This document shows positions 18,568 through 24,874 of a stretch of 32,000 bases of DNA, one piece after another; within the stretch, counting starts at the first letter, position 1, and the number at the start of each line of letters is the position of its first letter. The stretch spans positions 1-32,000 of the forward strand of contig NZ_JAJENU010000642.1 in NCBI RefSeq assembly GCF_035615495.1. The letters are read 5' to 3'. The DNA comes from Lyngbya sp. CCY1209. GTDB lineage: Bacteria; Cyanobacteriota; Cyanobacteriia; Cyanobacteriales; Microcoleaceae. Position numbers and translations under genes: made by a program. Under the pieces are notes generated by a model. The model searched no databases. It saw only the letters and a program-made list of their open reading frames with translations, and was not told the origin of the DNA.

Positions 18568-19461
18568 ATGGGAGGGTGGAACGCTCTGACAACACCTATG
18601 CCCTACAAACAATATACGCTGACACCGACCCGCGACCCCTATTCCTCCACCGGAATCTATATTCCCATCGACATAGAAGATGCGATCGCCGAATTGGATA
18701 AAGCCCTCTCCGACACCGTAAAAACCGAACTGAAAGCGGCTAACAATCTCTTCGATTATCACTTCACCCTGGGGGAATGGATGCGCCAAAATTGGGGGCT
18801 GTGGTTGGGTAGCCGGCTGGCGCAGCACTTTCACGATATGAACGTACTCAACCCGGACTTGATGTCGATTTTTCTCCTCCGATCCTATCAGGAACACCTG
18901 AACCGTCCCCCGGAAACCGTCGAAACGCTGCTGCACTCCCTGGAAAACAAGCGCCTGACGCCGGATAATTTTTTCCGTAAAGTCGGCGAAGTCGCCCAGA
19001 AACTGGTCAATTGCGATCGCGCCAGCTTTTGGTTAATTGACCGAGAAAAGGAGGAGGTGCGGACGAAAGTTGTCGTCAACGACAAACAGAAAACCGTCCG
19101 AGTTGCGATCGGTCAAGGCTTGATGGGACAGGTCGCCGAATCGGGCGAAATGATTGCCATTCCGTTCGATTTTTATAAAAGTTCCCATCCCCAAGTCGAA
19201 GCGATCAAAGCCCTCGACGATCGCGTTTTTTACCGCACCTGTAGCACCCTAACCATTCCCGTCCGCAAAGCTTCGGGGGAATTGCTGGGGGTGATGCACC
19301 TGATCAATAAAACCCAACCCGGCAATTTTCCCCCCTATCATCCGGAAACCCACCCCACCGCGCCGGAACGCTGGCGCACCAGTTTCAATCGAGAAGATAT
19401 CGCCATTATCGATCGCTTGAATCAAACTGTCTCTCAGTTGATTGATCGAGTTTTTTATTAA
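18568..19461 (+). CDS. GAF-domain protein with an uncharacterised N-terminal domain
   Basis: 297 aa. The C-terminal half is GAF-like (CDRASFWLIDREKEEVRTKVV...GLMGQVAESGEMIAIPFD...TLTIPVRKASGELLGVMHLINK). I did not recognise the N-terminal ~130 aa. Confidence 0.65.
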   Translation: MGGWNALTTPMPYKQYTLTPTRDPYSSTGIYIPIDIEDAIAELDKALSDTVKTELKAANNLFDYHFTLGEWMRQNWGLWLGSRLAQHFHDMNVLNPDLMSIFLLRSYQEHLNRPPETVETLLHSLENKRLTPDNFFRKVGEVAQKLVNCDRASFWLIDREKEEVRTKVVVNDKQKTVRVAIGQGLMGQVAESGEMIAIPFDFYKSSHPQVEAIKALDDRVFYRTCSTLTIPVRKASGELLGVMHLINKTQPGNFPPYHPETHPTAPERWRTSFNREDIAIIDRLNQTVSQLIDRVFY

Positions 19462-19530
19462 TATCAAATCCTGATAATTAACACCCAAAATATGTGGTGG
19501 CTGTAGGGGCGCAAGCCTTGCGCCCTGACC

Positions 19531-19572
19531 TCAAAAAAATCCCCCTGCTTTCATGTCCGAGGACGCAGGGGG
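19531..19572 (-). terminator. Rho-independent terminator of the permease operon
   Basis: On the minus strand, CCCCCTGC-16 nt-GCAGGGGG (19541-19572) is followed by ATTTTTTTGA (19540-19531). It begins 33 nt after the permease stop. A second palindrome, GGGCGCAAGcCTTGCGCCC, lies at 19507-19525 after the convergent GAF gene. Confidence 0.6.
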
Positions 19573-19604
19573 TGGAAGTTTAGACCGATTTTTAGAATAC
19601 TAAA

Positions 19605-20585
19605 TCATTCCGTCGCCGCCACCGGTGCGGGTCCGAAAATCTTATCCGTCAGTTTCACATACCAGGCGGCGGACTGCACTTGGATGATATATCCCATCGC
19701 GATAATCAGGGCAATGTCCGATCCGGCTTCTCCGAAAACCGTCATGGCGATCGCCAATGCGATAGACAGATTCCGCATCACCGTCCCGTAAACCAGCGCG
19801 ATCGCATCTTCCCGATTAAATAACGCTTTACCGACAAACGTACTCAGCGCGAAGTTAAACCCATAAATAATAATCAGCGGCACGAAGAAAGATAAAATCG
19901 CCACCGGATTTTCGATGATTGATTTCGATTTCAGTGCCATCGCCACGAACACGATACCCAAAACGCCGACGGTGGAGAAAACCGGGAACTTTTGTTTCAG
20001 ATTCTTGTTGTACTTGCTTTCCCCGACGGTTTTGATCAGAATTTGCTTGGTGACAAATCCCAGGATCATCGGCAAAAAGACGATAATCACGATTTGTTTG
20101 AAGACATCGATCAGGGGAATTTCGACCACCGCACCCATCAAATATTTGGCGTAGAGGGGAGTCGCCAAAGACCCGGCGATCAAACCGATGACCGTCATCT
20201 TAATGGCGGCATTGAGATTTCCTTTGGCGAATCCCGTCCAAGAAATCGTCATCCCGCTGGTGGGGAGTAGGGAAGTCAGCAATAATCCCAACAAAATTAA
20301 CGGTTGATCGTTAAAAAACAACTTCCCAACCCCGAAGGCAAAAAAGGGAACGACCGCAAAGTTAATCAACTGAGTGATCCCCTGCAACTTCAAATCTCCA
20401 CCCCCGAAGACTTTGGAAATTTGCAGGTTGATCATCATGGGATAAACCATCAAGAAGGTGAGGGGAATGATCGTCGCCTTCAAAAATGACGGGTCGAAAA
20501 TACTGCCAAAGATAATCCCCGCAATCATAAATGAGGGAACCGACCAAATTAGGTTCTGCTTGAGTAGCAATAAGAATTTCCACAT
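19605..20585 (-). CDS. ACR3/BASS-superfamily (bile acid:Na+ symporter / arsenical-resistance-like) permease
   Basis: 326 aa with an ATG start and about 9-10 TM segments. SBF-like blocks include LLLTSLLPTSGMTISWTGFAKGNLNAAI and VYGTVMRNLSIALAIA. It is the last gene of the minus-strand sulfide-island operon. Confidence 0.7.
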   Translation of the reverse strand: MWKFLLLLKQNLIWSVPSFMIAGIIFGSIFDPSFLKATIIPLTFLMVYPMMINLQISKVFGGGDLKLQGITQLINFAVVPFFAFGVGKLFFNDQPLILLGLLLTSLLPTSGMTISWTGFAKGNLNAAIKMTVIGLIAGSLATPLYAKYLMGAVVEIPLIDVFKQIVIIVFLPMILGFVTKQILIKTVGESKYNKNLKQKFPVFSTVGVLGIVFVAMALKSKSIIENPVAILSFFVPLIIIYGFNFALSTFVGKALFNREDAIALVYGTVMRNLSIALAIAMTVFGEAGSDIALIIAMGYIIQVQSAAWYVKLTDKIFGPAPVAATE

Positions 20586-20677
20586 TTTATTTAATGTCCC
20601 AAACTCTAGAGTTCTTGTAGTAGGGATAATTCATGAATTATCCCTACGGATTAATATTTCGAGCAATGGTATGAGTG

Positions 20678-21055
20678 CTATGACGGTGAATGGGTTGGAA
20701 GAGATAATTTCCACCACTCCCGCATTCCGCCGGTGACGTTATAGACGGTATGATAGCCTTGAGCCACCAGTTGGGTCGCGGCCATCGGACTGCGGTGGGC
20801 GGTCAGGCAGATCAGGGCGATCGCGCGCTCGCGGGGCAGTTCCCGAAACCACTCCGGAAGTACCCACCGACGCAGGAAGGACACTTGGCCCATCATGATG
20901 CGCGGGAGGCTGAGGTTCACCGCCCCGGCGGCGTGGCCGAAAGAATATTCCAACTCAGACCGGACGTCGATCAACAGGGGCTTGGGAGAGAGTTCCAGGA
21001 ACTCCTGCGGCGAAATATCGGTCGCCCTCGTTGTAGAAGCAGTTACGTCCACCAC
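20678..21055 (-). CDS. Single-domain rhodanese (sulfurtransferase)
   Basis: The rhodanese fold reads ISPQEFLEL...LLIDVRSELEYSFGHAAGAVNLSL...ALICLTAHRSPMAATQLVAQGYHTVYNVTGGMREW, with the active-site loop CLTAHRS. The ORF's ATG (21208) would overlap petC by 166 nt in another frame and encodes R/G-rich junk. GTG at 21055 or 21052 is more plausible, so the start is uncertain. Confidence 0.75.
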   Translation of the reverse strand: MVDVTASTTRATDISPQEFLELSPKPLLIDVRSELEYSFGHAAGAVNLSLPRIMMGQVSFLRRWVLPEWFRELPRERAIALICLTAHRSPMAATQLVAQGYHTVYNVTGGMREWWKLSLPTHSPS

Positions 21056-21579
21056 GGCGTTTCCCCCGTGCGCGGATCGACCCCCTGCCAGGGCGAAATC
21101 CAGATGCGATCGCCGAGAACCGCGACCTGCACCAGTTTCAGGGGACGGTTGGCCGGCCCCCGCTCCACGGAGCCGTCCGGGGCGAACCGGGAACCGTGGC
21201 AGGGACATTGAAACTGCCCGTCGTTGCCGTTCCAGGGGAAGGTGCAGCCCAAGTGGGTGCAGTTATTCACAATTCCCCGGCTGTCCAGATTCCCACCTTC
21301 GAGCAGCGTCAGGTAGGTCGGCTCTCCGGCCAATCCCGCGATCAGCGCCCGGGTTCCGGGGGGTTCAGCCAAAATCTGGCTGGCGGGAATGGGATTTCCC
21401 AGCTTGTCTTTGGCGATAATCGACCCGTCATCCGCGCCTTCTTTGACCGGGGTCACATATTTGGCGGCGGGATACAAAACCACTCCGGCGGTGGTGGCGA
21501 CAGCGGCTCCCGTGAGGAAGTTGAGCAACTGCCGCCGGGACATCGACGGGCTATTATCTATGGGAAGGGTGTTATCCAT
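21043..21579 (-). CDS. petC: Rieske [2Fe-2S] protein of the cytochrome b6f PetC type (paralog, not followed by petA)
   Basis: 178 aa with an ATG start. The N-terminal anchor is SRRQLLNFLTGAAVATTAGVVLYPAAKYVTP. The cluster-binding boxes are CTHLGC and CPCHGS. The C-terminus is GETPWWT. The downstream gene is a rhodanese rather than cytochrome f. Confidence 0.85.
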   Translation of the reverse strand: MDNTLPIDNSPSMSRRQLLNFLTGAAVATTAGVVLYPAAKYVTPVKEGADDGSIIAKDKLGNPIPASQILAEPPGTRALIAGLAGEPTYLTLLEGGNLDSRGIVNNCTHLGCTFPWNGNDGQFQCPCHGSRFAPDGSVERGPANRPLKLVQVAVLGDRIWISPWQGVDPRTGETPWWT

Positions 21580-21610
21580 CGTTTTTACCTCCTAAATACC
21601 AAATAAACAT

Positions 21611-21820
21611 CTACTGATTTTCCGGGGCGCGGGTGTTAATACCCAGCAGGCCGTAAAGCATACAGGACCCGAAAACTGCGGTCAGAGCCGGGACGGCCGA
21701 CACCACGGCGAGTCCGGTGCCGAGGGCGGTGCCGCCGTAAACGACCAGACCAAGGTACAGCAGGGCTCCGGCGAAGGCCAGACGCAGCACGCGATCGAGC
21801 ATTCCGACATTGTTAAACAT
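21611..21820 (-). CDS. DUF2892 (YgaP-like) small membrane protein
   Basis: 69 aa. MFNNVGMLDRVLRLAFAGALLYLG...LTAVFGSCMLYGLLGINT matches the N-x-G-x-x-DR-x-x-R ... G-x-C-x-x-Y-x-x-x-GI-x-T pattern. This family is often linked to rhodaneses. Confidence 0.7.
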   Translation of the reverse strand: MFNNVGMLDRVLRLAFAGALLYLGLVVYGGTALGTGLAVVSAVPALTAVFGSCMLYGLLGINTRAPENQ

Positions 21821-21902
21821 GGTGTTTTCTCCTTATATCGATGGGTTGTGTACAAATTGAAAGTGGATCAGCAGGGCGTGAAACCGACAACAAATTGACT
21901 CT

Positions 21903-21930
21903 CCTGTTGCCTGTTGCCTATTGCCTATTC
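21903..21930. repeat. STRR-like heptamer tandem repeat
   Basis: CTGTTGC CTGTTGC CTATTGC CTATTCC sits in the spacer between the DUF302 and DUF2892 genes. Confidence 0.7.
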
Positions 21931-21938
21931 CCTCTCCC

Positions 21939-22343
21939 TCAAGCGACGGGAGTCGCCGCGCCCAGACGGTTCATCACCGCCTGCATCAACTGGCGGGCAT
22001 CGTCGGTAATTTCTTTTGCCGCCGGGGAATCGACGGCCTGGAACATGACCGCCGGATCGATCGCGGACACTTCTACCCGACCGTCGGGATGTTCCTGGAC
22101 CACCACGTTGCAGGGGTAGAACACCCCCGCCTTGTCGTCGGCGTTGAGCATCCGGTAGGCGATCTGGGCGTGGCAGGCACCCAAAATCAGGTAGGGGTGG
22201 AAGTCGGCGTCGAGCTTCCGCTTGAAGGTGGCTTTGACGTCGATCTCGGTCAGGACGCCGAAACCCTCTTGTTTCAGGGCTTCCGTCACCTGGGCGATCG
22301 CTTGCTCGAAGGGGGTGTCCAGAATTTGGCTGAAGTGATACAT
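21939..22343 (-). CDS. DUF302-domain protein
   Basis: 134 aa with an ATG start. ALKQEGFGVLTEIDVKATFKRKLDADFHPYLILGACHAQIAY is the characteristic DUF302 core. It is the first gene of the operon divergent from sqr. Confidence 0.8.
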   Translation of the reverse strand: MYHFSQILDTPFEQAIAQVTEALKQEGFGVLTEIDVKATFKRKLDADFHPYLILGACHAQIAYRMLNADDKAGVFYPCNVVVQEHPDGRVEVSAIDPAVMFQAVDSPAAKEITDDARQLMQAVMNRLGAATPVA

Positions 22344-22454
22344 CGAATACTCCTGTGGGCTGCTTTACTTATCTTAATAACTAGATAGTAATTTAGTCAA
22401 GGATTAAATTTTTTTTTATTTGGGGTTGACGGGGAGGGCGGTACCAAAGTACCA

Positions 22455-22482
22455 TTAGTTTATAACTAATTAGTTGTATAGT
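22455..22482 (+). promoter_or_regulatory. Candidate sqr promoter with an embedded palindromic operator
   Basis: A -35-like TTAGTT (22455-22460) and a -10-like TATAGT (22477-22482) are 16 nt apart. The spacer is filled by the palindrome TAtAACTAATTAGTTgTA (22461-22478), whose core AACTAATTAGTT is perfect. ATTAGTT also occurs as a direct repeat. Pattern only. Confidence 0.3.
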
Positions 22483-22564
22483 TGCAAGACGTTCGCCCGA
22501 TGTCGGCTCAAACATCGATGTGGCAAGGCATCGGGCGGAATTATTCCTGGAGGATTTCAGATAA

Positions 22565-23881
22565 ATGGCTCATGTAGTTGTGATTGGAGCGGGACTCGGG
22601 GGATTGCCGACGGCCTACGAACTGCGGCACCACTTGCCCGCCGAGCATAAGGTGACATTAATTTCCGACAAGCCGGAGTTCACGTTCGTCCCCGGATTAA
22701 TTCGGGTCGGGTTGAATCTGAACCCTTTGGAGCACATCCAACTGGAGCTCGAACCCCTGGCGCGGCGGCACGGTTTGGACTTGATCTGCGGACACATCAC
22801 CCACTTCGACCCGGAAAATCGCCATTTGATCGTGGATGGGCAAACCCTGGAGTTCGACTATGCGGCGATCGCCACCGGGGCATCCCTGGCCTTCGACGAA
22901 GCGCCGGGACTCGGCCCCCACGGTGGCTACACCCAGTCCGTGTGCACCCCCGACCACGCCGTAGAAGCGCGGGAGGCGTGGTTGGAATTCTTGAAAGATC
23001 CCGGGCCCCTTGTCGTGGGGGCGATGCCGGGGGCGGGGTGTTTCGGGCCAGCTTATGAATTCTTATTAATGGCGGATTGGGAACTGCGGCGGTTGGGACT
23101 GCGCGATCGCGTCACGTTAACCTATATCACGCCGGAACCCTACGCCGGCCATCTGGGAGTCGGGGGGGTGAAATACGCCGAAGAACTGACGGGGGATCTG
23201 ATGCGATCGCGGGGTGTGGAAATCATCGACAACGCCGCCATCACCGAAGTCGAACCCGACACCATCATCCTCTCCGACGGACGCCGCATCCCGTTCAAAT
23301 ACTCCATGATCCTGCCCGCCTTCCGGGGTGCCAAATTCATCCGGGAGACACCGCGCCTGGGCAATGAAAAAGGATTTATCCCCGTCGGACCCACCTACCA
23401 GCATCCGGAATTTCCCGCCGTCTACGCCCTCGGCGTCGCCGTCCACCTGGAACAGCCGGACAAAACCCCCGTCCCCATCGGACTGCCGAAAAGCGGGGAA
23501 ATGACGGAAGTGATGGGGGTGGCCGTCGCCCACAACATCGCGATCGAACTGGGGGCGATTTCCGAACCCCACCTGACGCCCACCTTGGAGGCCCTGTGTT
23601 TTGCCGAATTCGGCGATACCGGCATCCTCTACATCGCCGCCCCGGTGATCCCCGATCCGGAAGTGGGCAAGCGCCGCCATTCTCTGGCGTTGAAAGGGCC
23701 GTGGGTGAATTGGGCGAAGGCCGCCTTCGAGGAGTATTTCCTGCTGAAAATGCGCTTCGGTTTGGGACTGCCCTGGTTCGAGAAATTCGGGCTGCGGCTG
23801 TTGTTCCGGCTGTCCCTGTTCAAAAACCTGCCCAAAAATTTCCGCCAGTCCGTCGAGAAATCCACCACCGCCGTGGGTTGA
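22565..23881 (+). CDS. sqr: Sulfide:quinone oxidoreductase (type I-like SQR flavoprotein)
   Basis: 438 aa with an ATG preceded by GGAGGA. The N-terminal FAD fold is MAHVVVIGAGLGGLPTAYEL. Conserved Cys contexts are SVCTPDHA, GAGCFGPAYEF and EALCFAEFGD. The protein resembles cyanobacterial SQRs of the Oscillatoria/Aphanothece type, from memory. Confidence 0.9.
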   Translation: MAHVVVIGAGLGGLPTAYELRHHLPAEHKVTLISDKPEFTFVPGLIRVGLNLNPLEHIQLELEPLARRHGLDLICGHITHFDPENRHLIVDGQTLEFDYAAIATGASLAFDEAPGLGPHGGYTQSVCTPDHAVEAREAWLEFLKDPGPLVVGAMPGAGCFGPAYEFLLMADWELRRLGLRDRVTLTYITPEPYAGHLGVGGVKYAEELTGDLMRSRGVEIIDNAAITEVEPDTIILSDGRRIPFKYSMILPAFRGAKFIRETPRLGNEKGFIPVGPTYQHPEFPAVYALGVAVHLEQPDKTPVPIGLPKSGEMTEVMGVAVAHNIAIELGAISEPHLTPTLEALCFAEFGDTGILYIAAPVIPDPEVGKRRHSLALKGPWVNWAKAAFEEYFLLKMRFGLGLPWFEKFGLRLLFRLSLFKNLPKNFRQSVEKSTTAVG

Positions 23882-23935
23882 TGTGAAATTTGAGCCGACT
23901 TCAATCCTTCGTCAACCCCGACAACCCCACCCCAC

Positions 23936-23958
23936 CCTCCCGTTATCAAAGGGAGGGC
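23936..23958 (+). terminator. Hairpin downstream of sqr
   Basis: CCCTCCC-gttatcaaa-GGGAGGG lies 55 nt after the sqr stop. No U-tract follows. Confidence 0.3.
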
Positions 23959-24206
23959 AGGGAATCCGATTCACACCTTTGATATCAGGTCCGTTCAAAT
24001 AGTTGGGATCGAAAGGATTTTTAAAATTCGACCGTCAGAAATCTACATGAGAACTGATGATCAGAATTGGCTCTGACTGATCATTGGGGATTGCTATCTT
24101 CCGATCGATTGACGAGGACAGATCGGACGGCCGTATCGATCCGTCCTCCGGCTTGTCAAAATCTGCCAAATTCCCCCTGCGATAGGTACACTTCGCGGAT
24201 CGCCTA

Positions 24207-24524
24207 ATGGAAAACAGCACCTCCATCGACGACTTTGAAATTCTAGCCGATCGCTTCAAAATTTTAAGCGAACCGAGTCGGTTACAAATTCTGGCGGCAA
24301 TTTGTCGCCGGGAGTGCAACGTCAAGGAAATTTGTCGGCGCACCGGACTCCACCAAGCCAACGTTTCCAAACACCTGCAATTGTTGCGATCGGCGGGGGT
24401 GGTGGCTTGTCGCCGCGTGGGCGTCTGCCGCTATTACCGCATCATCGATTCCGACTTGCTGGGGCTGTGCGCCCAATCTGTCTTTAAGGGAGACAAACCA
24501 TCCAAAGATTGCACTCAAGAATAA
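24207..24524 (+). CDS. ArsR/SmtB-family transcriptional regulator (Cys-rich)
   Basis: 105 aa. The wHTH core is LSEPSRLQILAAICRRECNVKEICRRTGLHQANVSKHLQLLRSAGVVACRRVGVCRYYRI. Seven cysteines lie at positions 33, 37, 43, 68, 74, 88 and 102. Confidence 0.85.
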   Translation: MENSTSIDDFEILADRFKILSEPSRLQILAAICRRECNVKEICRRTGLHQANVSKHLQLLRSAGVVACRRVGVCRYYRIIDSDLLGLCAQSVFKGDKPSKDCTQE

Positions 24525-24547
24525 ACGATTATAGCGCTGCTAGAAGA

Positions 24548-24714
24548 GGGTGTAGGGTGTAGGGTGTAGGGTGTAGGGGTGGGAGTCCCGCCGAAAGCGC
24601 TAAAGCGCCACAACAAAAAATGTGCGATCGCCGAGTTGTTGGGATTGAGCCCGACCGAAAGCGCTGAAGCGCAACAACAAAAATGTGCGATCGCCTTGTT
24701 GTGGGGATTGAGCC
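24548..24714. repeat. Heptamer tandem repeat followed by two ~61-nt direct repeats spaced 64 nt apart
   Basis: GGGTGTA x4 spans 24548-24575. Next, CCGAAAGCGCTaAAGCGCcACAACAAAAAATGTGCGATCGCC..GTTGTTGGGATTGAGCC (24591-24651) recurs with a few changes at 24655-24714. Each copy holds a HIP1 site inside a CAACAA/TTGTTG inverted repeat. Confidence 0.75.
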
Positions 24715-24874
24715 GCCCACGGTCTTCAAGTTTACACCCCCATCCAGACTGAGGTTTGTGGCAGTCCGCGAAACGACAGGGGGTTGGGGGAATCTCCGAC
24801 CCCCACAAAACGGTAACGACATATTCTCTCTGTGTTCTCTGTGCCTCTGTGGTGAAAATTCCGATCGCCCAAAA

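Noticed and set aside
21056-21208. N-terminal 51 aa of ORF 20678..21208 (ATG 21208) as part of the rhodanese
   Set aside because: This part lies entirely inside the petC coding region in a different frame and translates to R/G/A-rich junk (MSLPRFPVRPGRLRGAGAGQ...). The recognisable rhodanese fold starts just after GTG 21055/21052.
24035-24370. 111-aa minus-strand ORF overlapping the arsR 5' half, and other small ORFs at 24282..24518, 24515..24808 and 24529..24927
   Set aside because: They are antisense to a clear ArsR wHTH gene or run through the repeat block. No motifs are present, and the translations of the repeats (e.g. NNSAIAHF) are typical artefacts of HIP1-containing repeats.
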